NCBI GenBank assembly: GCA_050180015.1
Contig: JBFXEO010000083.1
Span: forward strand, 1-11,527
Direction of reading: 5' to 3'
Length of the DNA stretch: 11,527 nucleotides
DNA from: Bacteroidales bacterium
GTDB lineage: Bacteria > Bacteroidota > Bacteroidia > Bacteroidales > Tenuifilaceae
This document shows positions 1 to 7,723 of the stretch, piece after piece; position 1 is the first letter of the stretch, and each line of letters opens with the position of its first letter. Under the pieces are notes generated by a model. The model ran no database searches and was not told the origin of the DNA. It saw only the letters and a list, made by a program, of their open reading frames with translations. Both the position numbers and the translations under genes were made by a program.

Positions 1-1055
1 GCACCGGTCCATCCAAGCGGAACCCTGATTACTCCGGAGCGGTTTCTATCGCCCCAGCAGATGCTGGTTGGCGCTTCCTGGTGGGGAACAAGCCGTAGGT
101 ATGAAGTTGGAATTGTGTTGCCAAAAGCAGTAAGAGCATCGGCGGAGTCAAGAATTCCAGCAATCATTTTACGGGCAATGGGGCTGAGTTTGCCATCTTC
201 CACCATCAGGTTTTGGCCATCTTTTTCCACCATCATGTGGAAGTGTAGCCCGTTTCCTGCTTTTCCAACAGTAATCTTGGGCGCAAAGCTAATATCAACG
301 CCATACCGGTAACCCAACATGCGAACAACCCACTTGGCAATAACAAGTTGGTCAACAGCATTTTCGGCGGGCATGGGAAGGAATTCTATCTCGTGCTGTT
401 CGTATAGTTTATCCTCTGTCATAAAGCAGCCCACCTCCGCGTGTCCGTACTTAATTTTTCCCCCGGCGCGGGCAATGTAGGAAAGGGCCTCTCTGCGTAA
501 GTTTTCCCATTTTGCAAATGGTTCCGAGGCGTGATAACCCTTTTGATCGACACCGGGGAAAGAATCGTCCCTATTGCTGATTACGTAATATTCCAACTCT
601 GCCAGCGCCTTGAAGGTAAAGCCCGTTTCGGCTTGAAATAATTCATACGCTTTGCGGAGTATATTCTCGGGGGCACTCTCCAGCGGCTTGCCGGTACTAT
701 CGTAGAATGAGCAAAGAATATCTATTGCGGGAATGTCGGAGAAGGGGTTAACAAATGCGGTGCGGTAGCGGGGAATTACGTACAGGTCGCTACTCCCTGC
801 CTCGATGAATGAAAACAGGCTACTGCCATCTACCCGTTCGCCGGCAGATAGTATGGAGTCGAGATGTTCACGTGACGAAATAATGAAGTTCAACGTTTTA
901 AGTTTTCCATCTTCTGCAACATAGCGGAAGTTAACCATCTCAATTTTATTTGCTTCGCAAAAGTTAATGATGTCGGCCTTTGTGAATTCGGATGAAGGTT
1001 TCTTTAGAAAACGAACCAGCTCATTGGGGTTCATCAAAATTTCTGAATCGTTCAT
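1..1055 (-). CDS. glnA: Glutamine synthetase (type I-like), N-terminal ~351 codons; the gene runs off the left edge of the window.
   Basis: Reverse-complement translation from the ATG at 1055..1053 gives MNDSEILMNPNELVRF... with no stop before the window edge. It contains GNGLHFHMM (compare the GS catalytic motif GSGMHCHMS), NTIPTSYLRLVP (compare NPTTNSYKRLVP) and GDRNRSGVIRVP (compare ARNRSASIRIP). An N-terminal beta-grasp domain of ~100 aa precedes the catalytic domain. The ORF is absent from the supplied track only because it has no in-window stop. Confidence 0.85.
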   Translation of the reverse strand, partial: MNDSEILMNPNELVRFLKKPSSEFTKADIINFCEANKIEMVNFRYVAEDGKLKTLNFIISSREHLDSILSAGERVDGSSLFSFIEAGSSDLYVIPRYRTAFVNPFSDIPAIDILCSFYDSTGKPLESAPENILRKAYELFQAETGFTFKALAELEYYVISNRDDSFPGVDQKGYHASEPFAKWENLRREALSYIARAGGKIKYGHAEVGCFMTEDKLYEQHEIEFLPMPAENAVDQLVIAKWVVRMLGYRYGVDISFAPKITVGKAGNGLHFHMMVEKDGQNLMVEDGKLSPIARKMIAGILDSADALTAFGNTIPTSYLRLVPHQEAPTSICWGDRNRSGVIRVPLGWTG

Positions 1056-1085
1056 GTGCACCCGTTTTTAATATTTTATTTTTGC

Positions 1086-1093
1086 CAAAACTA
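1086..1093 (-). promoter_or_regulatory. Candidate Bacteroidetes-type -7 promoter box (TAgtTTTG on the minus strand) for glnA.
   Basis: The minus strand reads TAGTTTTG, matching the TAnnTTTG -7 consensus of Bacteroidetes sigma-A promoters. It lies ~31 nt upstream of the glnA ATG. No clear -33 TTTG at canonical spacing. Confidence 0.3.
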
Positions 1094-1204
1094 CTAAATG
1101 TTGGGTATTTATTTCCTTGGGCAATGGTGTTTAGCAACATCATTTTTCCATTCGTTTTGCATTTAAAGAAATGTTGCCCATAAAATTTTTATAGATAGAA
1201 AAAT

Positions 1205-1231
1205 AGCCCACATTCTTTGCAGATGCGGGCT
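1205..1231 (-). terminator. Rho-independent terminator downstream of valS.
   Basis: AGCCCACAT(1205-1213) and ATGCGGGCT(1223-1231) form a 9-bp stem (one G-U wobble) around a 9-nt loop, 28 nt past the valS stop. On the minus-strand transcript it is followed by AUUUUUCUAUCUAU. A T7 run also follows on the plus strand (1242-1248), so it may work in both directions. Confidence 0.45.
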
Positions 1232-1258
1232 AAATGTTGCATTTTTTTCTAAAAACTA

Positions 1259-3892
1259 TCACGAGGAGGCAAGCCGTTCCTCCAATGATTTTATTTTTTC
1301 CAGCGCATCGGATTGTTTTTTACGTTCGAGTTCAACCACATTGGCTGGAGCTCCGTTAACAAAACGTTCGTTGTTTAACTTCTTCATTACACTTTTCAGG
1401 AACCCACGTGTATAGCTGAGTTCTTCGAGTATTTTAGATTTTTCTTCTTCCGAATCAACCAAGCCAACTAAGGGAACATAAACTTCCAACGTGCCAACCA
1501 TGAACGATGCAGCACCGTCAATTTTACCGTCAACATAGCTTAATTTTTCCAATCCGGCCAGCTTCGATATTATAGACTCAAGGCCTTTACCGGGTTTGAT
1601 GTTGCTTCGGATTGAAATGGAGAGTTGCTGCTTAATGGCGATATTCTTCTCCTGCCTAATTGTTCTTACGCCCGCTATTATTTCCTTGATTTTTTCGAAT
1701 TCGTCGAGTGTTGCCGCGTTGAATCCTGTGGATTTGGGCATCTGGCTTACCATAATGCTTGCACCGTTGGATCGTTCGCCTAAATGCTGCCACAGCTCTT
1801 CCGTAATAAATGGCATGTACGGATGGAGTAAAGCAATAATTTTCTCAAATATATCGAGCGTAGCATTGAGAGTTGTGGAATCGATTGGCTGTCCGTATGC
1901 TGGTTTTATAATCTCCAAGTACCACGATGAAAATTCATCCCAGAATAATTTGTATAGATTCATCAATGCCTCGGAGATACGGTACTTATCGAAATCGTCA
2001 TCAACCTGTTCAATAGTTCTGTTTAGTTGATTTGTAAACCATTCAACCGCTGCACGCGAAGCGTCTGGCTGTTCAATATTTGCATCAACCTGCCAACCCT
2101 TAACCAAGCGAAACGCATTCCAAACCTTGTTGCAAAAGTTGCGGCCTTGCTCGGTTAAACTCTCGTCGAAAAGCAGATCGTTACCAGCCGGTGAGCACAG
2201 CAGCATTCCAACACGAACACCATCGGCACCGTACTTTGCTATCAGGTTGAGCGGATCGGGCGAATTCCCCAGCTGTTTACTCATTTTACGGCGAAGATGA
2301 TCGCGCACAATTCCCGTTAGGTAAACGTTGCGGAATGGCTTATCGCCCATGTACTCGTATCCGGCAATAATCATTCTGGCAACCCAGAAAAAGAGAATTT
2401 CGGGTGCGGTTATCAAATCGTTTGTGGGATAGTAGTACTTAATGTCCTTATTGTCGGGTTCGAGAATTCCGTTGAAAACCGATATTGGCCAAAGCCAAGA
2501 GCTAAACCAGGTATCGAGTACATCCTCATCCTGACGGAGATCGGGGAGTTCTAAGTTTGGATTTCCCGATTCCTTCTTGGCTAACTCCAGCGCCTCGTTC
2601 TCGTTGCTGGCAACAACATAGCCACCTTGAGGCAAATACCAAGCTGGAATACGATGTCCCCACCAAAGTTGACGGGAAAGACACCAATCCTTCACATTCT
2701 CCATCCAATGACGATAGGTATTTACGAACTTAGGTGGATAAAGTTGAATTTCGCCATTGATAACTGAATCCAATGCAGGCTGGGCAAGTTCTTTCATACG
2801 GAGGAACCACTGCATGGAGAGTTTTGGCTCAATAACGGCATCGGTACGCTCGCTAAAACCCACTTTATTTACATAATCTTCAATCTTCTCCAGGTTCCCG
2901 GCAGATTCTAGGTCATGAATAATTACCTTACGAACCTCGAACCTGTCCATCCCAACGTAAAGTTTTGCAGCAGCGCTAAGAGTTCCATCATCGTTGAAAA
3001 TATCGATAGACTCTAGCCTATGCTTTTCACCCAGCATATAGTCGTTGATATCGTGAGCTGGCGTAACCTTAAGGGCTCCCGTACCAAATTCCATATCCAC
3101 GTACTCGTCGTAAATGATGGGCACGCTACGGTTGATAAGCGGGACAATAACGCGCTTCCCCTTTAGGTGGGAATAACGTGGATCGTTCGGATGAACGCAC
3201 ACTGCAGTATCGCCAAGAATTGTTTCCGGACGAGTTGTTGCAATGGTTACAAAGCCATCCTCACCGTCAACCTTATATGTCAGATAGTAAATTTTACTTT
3301 GAACCTCGCGGTAGATTACCTCCTCGTCGGACACCGCTGTTTTTGCCTGTGGATCCCAGTTTACCATACGTACGCCTCGGTAGATGTAACCTTTTTTGTA
3401 CAGATCGACAAAAACGCGGATTACACTGGCCGAAAGGGTTTCGTCCATGGTAAAGCTGGTACGTTGCCAATCGCACGATGCTCCCAGTTTTTTTAGCTGT
3501 TCAAGGATGATTCCACCATGCTTTTCTTTCCACTCCCAGGCATGTTTTAGGAACTCGTCGCGTGTAAGTTCTGACTTTTCGATTCCTTCAGCCTTTAACT
3601 TGGCTACAACCTTTGCCTCTGTTGCAATAGAGGCATGATCGGTACCCGGAACCCAGCACGCATTTTTACCTTTCATTCTGGCACGACGGACTAACACATC
3701 CTGCAAAGTATTGTTAAGCATGTGCCCCATGTGAAGAACACCTGTTACGTTTGGTGGGGGTATTACTATACAGTAAGGTTCCCTGTTATCGGGAGTTGAA
3801 TGGAAAAAGCCATTATCCATCCAGTATTTGTACCATTTATCCTCAACCTCAGCGGGGTTGTACTTTGCCGAAATTTCCTTCGCTTTATCCAT
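1259..3892 (-). CDS. valS: Valyl-tRNA synthetase (class I aaRS), full length, 877 aa.
   Basis: Has the HIGH-type motif ([17 protein letters not shown]) and the KMSKS motif ([12 protein letters not shown]). Has the expected ValRS editing and anticodon-binding regions and a C-terminal coiled coil ([21 protein letters not shown]). Length is typical for ValRS. Confidence 0.95.
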   Translation of the reverse strand: MDKAKEISAKYNPAEVEDKWYKYWMDNGFFHSTPDNREPYCIVIPPPNVTGVLHMGHMLNNTLQDVLVRRARMKGKNACWVPGTDHASIATEAKVVAKLKAEGIEKSELTRDEFLKHAWEWKEKHGGIILEQLKKLGASCDWQRTSFTMDETLSASVIRVFVDLYKKGYIYRGVRMVNWDPQAKTAVSDEEVIYREVQSKIYYLTYKVDGEDGFVTIATTRPETILGDTAVCVHPNDPRYSHLKGKRVIVPLINRSVPIIYDEYVDMEFGTGALKVTPAHDINDYMLGEKHRLESIDIFNDDGTLSAAAKLYVGMDRFEVRKVIIHDLESAGNLEKIEDYVNKVGFSERTDAVIEPKLSMQWFLRMKELAQPALDSVINGEIQLYPPKFVNTYRHWMENVKDWCLSRQLWWGHRIPAWYLPQGGYVVASNENEALELAKKESGNPNLELPDLRQDEDVLDTWFSSWLWPISVFNGILEPDNKDIKYYYPTNDLITAPEILFFWVARMIIAGYEYMGDKPFRNVYLTGIVRDHLRRKMSKQLGNSPDPLNLIAKYGADGVRVGMLLCSPAGNDLLFDESLTEQGRNFCNKVWNAFRLVKGWQVDANIEQPDASRAAVEWFTNQLNRTIEQVDDDFDKYRISEALMNLYKLFWDEFSSWYLEIIKPAYGQPIDSTTLNATLDIFEKIIALLHPYMPFITEELWQHLGERSNGASIMVSQMPKSTGFNAATLDEFEKIKEIIAGVRTIRQEKNIAIKQQLSISIRSNIKPGKGLESIISKLAGLEKLSYVDGKIDGAASFMVGTLEVYVPLVGLVDSEEEKSKILEELSYTRGFLKSVMKKLNNERFVNGAPANVVELERKKQSDALEKIKSLEERLASS

Positions 3893-3918
3893 GTTGTTCT
3901 TTAAAAAAATCGAAATGC

Positions 3919-3926
3919 AAAAATAA
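3919..3926 (-). promoter_or_regulatory. Candidate -7 promoter box (TAttTTTG on the minus strand) for valS.
   Basis: The minus strand reads TATTTTTG, matching TAnnTTTG, ~27 nt upstream of the valS ATG (3892) in an AT-rich divergent intergenic region. Confidence 0.3.
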
Positions 3927-4033
3927 TAAAATTTAATGAGCGATGGAGGTGGTATGTGGTTGATTGTTGGCGGTGTATGAATAGGAGAGGTAATGGCATA
4001 GATTATGCTGGTTGTTTACAAAACTTTAACGCT

Positions 4034-4432
4034 ATGAAAAAAGTTATCCTGATTGCATTAATTCTCGTTGGGGCTACTACCAATGCACAAAATTTTGTAG
4101 ATGCGGCTCCTGAATGGTTCAACAATCCACCTACTTCCAACAAGAAATTCTACGGCGTTGGTCTTGGAATGTCTAAAAGCATGGAAATTGCCGAGAGCAA
4201 GGCAACCATGCAGGCAAATTTACATTTGGCAGAACAAGTAGTGCCCCCTAAAACAAGGGAAGAAAAATTATCATATAAGTCGAAAGACGGGAAAATTAGC
4301 GAGGAAACCATACAGAGGAAAATAGTTGAAGCACAGCTTACCGATGTGGTGATAGTAAAAAAGGCTTTTATGCAGGATGGTGACAACTACTTGGTTTACG
4401 TGTTGGTGGAGATGAAAAAGAAGAAAAAGTAG
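4034..4432 (+). CDS. Small secreted protein with an LPP20-like domain (signal peptide, no lipobox); hypothetical.
   Basis: Starting at ATG 4034 gives MKKVILIALILVGATTNAQ, a classic Sec signal peptide. The track's upstream ATG at 3956 would add a non-signal extension and is less plausible. The mature N-terminus AAPEWFNNPPTSNKKFYGVGLG...ATMQANLHLAEQV resembles the PEW..NPP...yGvG.....A...A...la core of the LPP20 lipoprotein family. This assignment is from memory of the family consensus, so it is tentative. C-terminal poly-Lys tail (MKKKKK). Confidence 0.6.
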   Translation: MKKVILIALILVGATTNAQNFVDAAPEWFNNPPTSNKKFYGVGLGMSKSMEIAESKATMQANLHLAEQVVPPKTREEKLSYKSKDGKISEETIQRKIVEAQLTDVVIVKKAFMQDGDNYLVYVLVEMKKKKK

Positions 4433-4507
4433 GATTATGCGCGGATTAAAAGGAAAGATTCAGGCCTTGTTATCGGGGGGGGATGATTGGTGTAGCTTTT
4501 GGGAGTC

Positions 4508-5608
4508 CTATTCTATTTCCAGTAAGGATAGGCATTCTACATGGACTGTTTGAGGGAAAAAATCGAATGGGATTATTTTTTTCACGCGATATTTATGCCG
4601 AGTAAGGAATTCAAGATTTTTCGATAAAGTTCCCGGGCTACACGAAAGGTAGGCAATTTTTGCAGGTTGCCCGTTATTGACAATCCAATCCTGTACCTCC
4701 GCTTCAAGTCCTGTTCGCGGGGGGTTTACATACATCAGTATTCGTTTATTCATAAATTTTTGCTCCACAGACCAACTTTTCAGCTGAGGAACCCGTTGCC
4801 TGCACGCCCCACGCAGGATGGTCGCTTCGGGTACATTTACCTTAGCGCATTCTACCGCCTCGCCACCGAGTTCAACGCCTAAAACATTTGCGCCAGCGGA
4901 GGTCCACTGCTTCATTGAGTTCCCGGTGCCGCAGTAAAGGTCTATTACTGCATCGGTTTTGTTTACGTTGAGGAAATTTTTTGCTTCGGTTAGCGACTGG
5001 TTGTAAAGCTCCGGAATAAGCTGCTGGAATGCAGCGGGGCCGTATAGTAACCCATTATAATCTGTAGAGCGGGCACTCCCAAAAATTAAATGCCATCCGG
5101 TTTTTTCAAAAATTCTTTTACCTGCCGAAAGATTTAGGTGTATCCAAAACCCTTCAATCCCGATGTTTGTAAGTTGGTTTTTTACAAAATCATTGAGCCA
5201 ACCCATACTGGGCATTTGTTTTGACTTTATTACCAGTACAGCCTGTGCGCCAGAAAGTACAATAAAAGCAAGCGGAAAAGCTGGTGATTTTGGAATATTA
5301 GCCCTAATGATATCCATTGTCCTATTCACTGTTACCGTGTGCACTGGGCAGCTGGGTATTGGAATTAATTCGTTGCGAGCCCACATTCCAAATTGCCACC
5401 CGGCACCATCAAAAAATGTACTTAGCGTAGTTTTTGAACGGTAGCCCCAGCGCTTTTCGCTGTTTACAGTGCGAACTTGTTCTAAAACATCAACCCAATT
5501 TGCCAGTTTAACTTTCAAAAAGTTTTCCTTTTGGGCTAAACTTTCCGCCATGCTCCATTCACGATGCTTACACCCCCTGCATTTTTCAACACATCCTTTA
5601 GGTATCAT
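4508..5608 (-). CDS. rlmC: 23S rRNA (uracil-C5)-methyltransferase of the RlmC (RumB) type: a [4Fe-4S] SAM-dependent m5U methyltransferase lacking a TRAM domain.
   Basis: N-terminal Cys cluster CVEKCRGCKHREW plus a fourth Cys (SCPVHT) parallels E. coli RlmC CALYDAGRCRSCQW...CDCP. SAM motif DLYCGTGN, VNPPRTG (compare VNPPRRG), catalytic-Cys motif YLSCSPGT (compare YSSCN), and C-terminal FDFFPQTVHVECLSLLE (compare FDMFPHTAHYEVLTLL). No N-terminal TRAM domain and 366 aa fit RlmC rather than RlmD; TrmA lacks the Fe-S cysteines. Confidence 0.85.
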   Translation of the reverse strand: MIPKGCVEKCRGCKHREWSMAESLAQKENFLKVKLANWVDVLEQVRTVNSEKRWGYRSKTTLSTFFDGAGWQFGMWARNELIPIPSCPVHTVTVNRTMDIIRANIPKSPAFPLAFIVLSGAQAVLVIKSKQMPSMGWLNDFVKNQLTNIGIEGFWIHLNLSAGKRIFEKTGWHLIFGSARSTDYNGLLYGPAAFQQLIPELYNQSLTEAKNFLNVNKTDAVIDLYCGTGNSMKQWTSAGANVLGVELGGEAVECAKVNVPEATILRGACRQRVPQLKSWSVEQKFMNKRILMYVNPPRTGLEAEVQDWIVNNGQPAKIAYLSCSPGTLSKNLEFLTRHKYRVKKIIPFDFFPQTVHVECLSLLEIE

Positions 5609-5685
5609 GTTTGCTATATTTCCTGGAAGTTACCTGTTGTAAAGGGTTGCTCTCCCAATAGGTTCGCTTTTTTGAATGTAATCGC

Positions 5686-5701
5686 TATCTTTGCAAAGAT
5701 A
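5686..5701. promoter_or_regulatory. Perfect 16-bp palindrome TATCTTTGCAAAGATA carrying a TAnnTTTG -7 box on both strands; probable promoter for the plus-strand gene at 5713, possibly bidirectional.
   Basis: The sequence is self-complementary. The plus-strand reading TATCTTTG lies 20 nt upstream of ATG 5713. The same octamer on the minus strand lies ~90 nt upstream of the rlmC ATG (5608). A TTTG occurs at 5671-5674, but that is only ~12 bp upstream, shorter than the usual -33 spacing. Confidence 0.4.
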
Positions 5702-5712
5702 TAATAGATGAA

Positions 5713-6549
5713 ATGTTTAACCCCTTTAAAATAGTATCTTTTTGTGCGATTTTGGCGTTAAACGCAAGTTTATCGGCCCAGCCTGTTATCGATCTCTACC
5801 TAAAATTACAGATTCCTGCATCCAGGGGTGTTTCATTCAGCAATATTGAGGAAACATACGAAATTCTAAACCCGCAAGGCGGCACAACGAAATATAGCGT
5901 TGTGCAGCGGTACAACCCTGCCGGGAAAATTATTTCGGAAGTAAAGTACAACAGCGCTGGCGGAATTCAGCATGAAATTTCGTGGGAATATAGCGGAAAC
6001 GGGAACCCGGTGCGCAAGTTTATGCGTCAATTTATCAACTACAAGGGATGGGTAACCGAGGAGGATATGTTTAAGTACAACGATACAACAGGGTATCTCT
6101 CGGACATTCAGGTTTTTTACGGGGGAAAACTTGGTTTATCGGCTCAGGTAATTTCCGATAGTACCGGGAAAACTTCTGAAGTGAATATATACAACGAAAA
6201 GGGTGTATTCATTGGTATTGAGCGGTTAGTTTACGTCCCGGCCAGCAACTCTGTAAGGGTGCTGAGCTATAGGTCGAACGAGCAATTTGTTGGATCAACA
6301 AATTATCCGATTGATCCGGCAAAGCCCTACTCAAAGCCTTCCGGTGTACTTGAGTTGTACCCTAATGGTGATACTATGGTGGAGGTTGCTGATGCATCAA
6401 AACCGGATCAGGGTTATTTCTATGAGTATAAGTACGATTCTGGCGGAAACTGGACGGAAAAGTTGGCCTACCGCTGTAAAATTACCTCAAACAACCGGGC
6501 CAAGGGGAAGGAGTTGGAGTATAAAGTTACCCGGAAAATTGCATACTGA
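5713..6549 (+). CDS. Secreted hypothetical protein (278 aa) with degenerate YD-like repeats.
   Basis: Signal peptide MFNPFKIVSFCAILALNASLSAQ. Recurrent Y-N/D-x-x-G motifs (RYNPAGKII, KYNSAGGIQ, EYSGNGNPV, KYNDTTGYL, KYDSGGNW) resemble shortened YD/RHS-type repeats. No catalytic motif recognised. Confidence 0.6.
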   Translation: MFNPFKIVSFCAILALNASLSAQPVIDLYLKLQIPASRGVSFSNIEETYEILNPQGGTTKYSVVQRYNPAGKIISEVKYNSAGGIQHEISWEYSGNGNPVRKFMRQFINYKGWVTEEDMFKYNDTTGYLSDIQVFYGGKLGLSAQVISDSTGKTSEVNIYNEKGVFIGIERLVYVPASNSVRVLSYRSNEQFVGSTNYPIDPAKPYSKPSGVLELYPNGDTMVEVADASKPDQGYFYEYKYDSGGNWTEKLAYRCKITSNNRAKGKELEYKVTRKIAY

Positions 6550-6607
6550 TCAAATATCTCATCAGTAAATAACCTGCTAATTTTTGATTTACTCATTTTT
6601 TAAAACC

Positions 6608-6657
6608 ATTTCGTATTTCGGCGAAATAAAAATATTTCGTAATATTGCGAAATATTT
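6608..6657. promoter_or_regulatory. Candidate operator of the ArsR-family repressor: five ATTTCG/CGAAAT half-sites forming two palindromes directly upstream of the regulator gene.
   Basis: ATTTCG at 6608-6613, 6615-6620 and 6634-6639; CGAAAT at 6622-6627 and 6648-6653. These form palindrome 1, ATTTCG-g-CGAAAT (6615-6627), and palindrome 2, AAATATTTCG-N8-CGAAATATTT (6630-6657). The 8-nt spacer TAATATTG (6640-6647) is itself a one-mismatch match to TAnnTTTG, ~20 nt upstream of ATG 6667. ArsR/SmtB repressors typically bind imperfect inverted repeats overlapping their own promoter. Confidence 0.45.
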
Positions 6658-6666
6658 AATTTATTT

Positions 6667-6966
6667 ATGAGCAAATCGAAATATACCGCGGAACAAGAAA
6701 AAATTGCACGCTATGCAAAGGCTTTAAGTCACCCTGTACGAATACAAATCCTTGAAATACTTGCAGTCCAGAGTTGCTGCTATAGCGGCGACATTGTGGA
6801 CGATTTACCTATTGCCCGCAGCACATTATCGCAGCATTTAAGCGAGCTGCGCAATTCCGGACTTATACAGGGAGAATTTAATCCTCCTAAAATTAAGTAT
6901 TGTATTAGGCAGGAAAGCTGGGACGAAGCAAAAACCCTGATGAACAATTTTTTTGAAAAGAAATGA
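6667..6966 (+). CDS. ArsR/SmtB-family winged-helix transcriptional regulator (99 aa) with a vicinal Cys pair.
   Basis: LSHPVRIQILEILA...GDIVDDLPIARSTLSQHLSELRNSGLI is the canonical ArsR HTH signature. SCCYSGDI sits at the position of the ELCVCDL metalloid-binding motif of ArsR. Confidence 0.85.
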   Translation: MSKSKYTAEQEKIARYAKALSHPVRIQILEILAVQSCCYSGDIVDDLPIARSTLSQHLSELRNSGLIQGEFNPPKIKYCIRQESWDEAKTLMNNFFEKK

Positions 6967-7035
6967 GAGTTGATATTCAACGCTCTTTGTAGGTATTCTA
7001 CAGAAATCAAACATGAACTTTTAAAATAGAATGGT

Positions 7036-7278
7036 ATGGAGATTAAAGTTTTAGGAACAGGTTGTCCCAGGTGCAAGGCCCTTGAGCAGGTTACACGCCA
7101 GGCCGTTCAAGATCTGGGCGTAAATGCCAATGTGTCAAAAGTAGAGGATATCGAGGGCATAGTGAATTTTGGGGTTATGCGGACCCCTGCATTGGTAATA
7201 AATGACAGGGTTGTTTTATCGGGCAGAGTCCCCGATGCAAAGGAACTGAAAGATATCATTACAAAAAACATTGATTAG
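7036..7278 (+). CDS. Small thioredoxin-fold protein of the 'redox-active disulfide protein 2' type (80 aa, CxxC), cytoplasmic.
   Basis: MEIKVLGTGCPRCKALEQ...GVMRTPALVINDRVVLSGRVP has beta-strand, G-x-G-CPxC, helix, then the VMxTPALVIDGK-type strand characteristic of this small family. No signal peptide. This family is commonly found next to ArsP/YraQ-type permeases. Confidence 0.8.
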   Translation: MEIKVLGTGCPRCKALEQVTRQAVQDLGVNANVSKVEDIEGIVNFGVMRTPALVINDRVVLSGRVPDAKELKDIITKNID

Positions 7279-7280
7279 CC

Positions 7281-7721
7281 ATGACCTTATCAAGATTAGT
7301 TGTTCTGCTAAGTTTAACATTGGGCATTGCGAACTGCTCTGGCAATTCAAGCAAAAATGATTCAACCGCTACTGCTCACCGATTGAAAGATTCAAAAGAA
7401 TTACCTGTAACTGTTTACTATTTTCATTCAGAACATCGGTGCCCCACCTGTTTGGCCATCGAGGATGAGACAAGAACAGTGCTAGAACTCAACTTTAAAA
7501 GTGAGGTTGATAGTGGAAAATTGGAACTACAAATCATCAATATTGATGAGGGGGTAAACAAGCAAGTGTGTGGGAAATATAAGGTATATGGATCAGCCCT
7601 ACTGCTTGTACGGGGGGATACGGAGGCAAACCTTACCAACATGGCATTCTCCAACGCCCGTAGTAATCCGGAAAAGTTTCGCGAAGGATTAAACGATGAA
7701 ATTAAAAGGTTGCTAAACTGA
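7281..7721 (+). CDS. Exported (lipoprotein-like) paralogue of the preceding thioredoxin-fold CxxC protein (146 aa).
   Basis: N-terminal MTLSRLVVLLSLTLGIANCSG is a signal peptide with a lipobox-like Cys. The mature part VTVYYFHSEHRCPTCLAIE...IDEGV...KVYGSALLLVRGD aligns with gene 7036-7278 (IKVLGTGCPRCKALE...IEDIEGIV...GVMRTPALVINDR). Start lies 3 nt after the previous stop, indicating translational coupling. Confidence 0.65.
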   Translation: MTLSRLVVLLSLTLGIANCSGNSSKNDSTATAHRLKDSKELPVTVYYFHSEHRCPTCLAIEDETRTVLELNFKSEVDSGKLELQIINIDEGVNKQVCGKYKVYGSALLLVRGDTEANLTNMAFSNARSNPEKFREGLNDEIKRLLN

Positions 7722-7723
7722 CC

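Noticed and set aside
61-1183. Plus-strand ORFs 61..312 and 992..1183 from the six-frame track.
   Set aside because: Both lie antisense within the strongly supported glutamine synthetase CDS or its start region. Their translations are low-complexity with no recognisable motifs, so they are spurious.
1056-1258. Possible riboswitch or structured leader, or a long stem-loop (GGGCAA...GCAACAT...ATGTTGCCC, 1119-1179), upstream of glnA.
   Set aside because: The candidate -7 box sits only ~31 nt from the ATG, leaving no room for a riboswitch aptamer. The inverted repeat is imperfect and has overlapping arms, so it is better explained by the repeated AAATGTTG word than by a discrete RNA structure.
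1596-3936. Track ORFs inside or overlapping valS: 1596..2030+, 2526..2708-, 3167..3496+, 3178..3453+, 3294..3476-, 3396..3638+ and 3751..3936+.
   Set aside because: All are embedded in the 877-aa ValRS reading frame (other frames or antisense). The Cys/Ser-rich junk translations are typical of shadow ORFs.
3956-4033. Upstream in-frame ATG (3956) for the LPP20-like gene, as given in the ORF track.
   Set aside because: It would prepend 26 residues ([26 protein letters not shown]) before a textbook signal peptide starting at MKKVIL, which makes the signal peptide internal. The 4034 start is far more plausible.
4475-4482. G8 homopolymer in the 75-bp convergent intergenic region between the LPP20-like gene and rlmC.
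   Set aside because: It could be a slipped-strand site. However, it lies between two convergent stop codons and not in a promoter or coding region, so phase-variable regulation is unlikely. It may also be an assembly homopolymer artefact.
4150-5444. Antisense ORFs 4150..4386-, 4667..4882+ and 5163..5444+.
   Set aside because: They overlap the LPP20-like gene or the RlmC-type methyltransferase on the opposite strand and carry no motifs, so they are shadow ORFs.
6287-7076. ORFs 6287..6568+ (93 aa) and 6780..7076- (98 aa).
   Set aside because: The first is an alternate frame inside the YD-like protein gene. The second is antisense across the ArsR-family gene and the start of the thioredoxin-like gene. 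Neither has supporting features.
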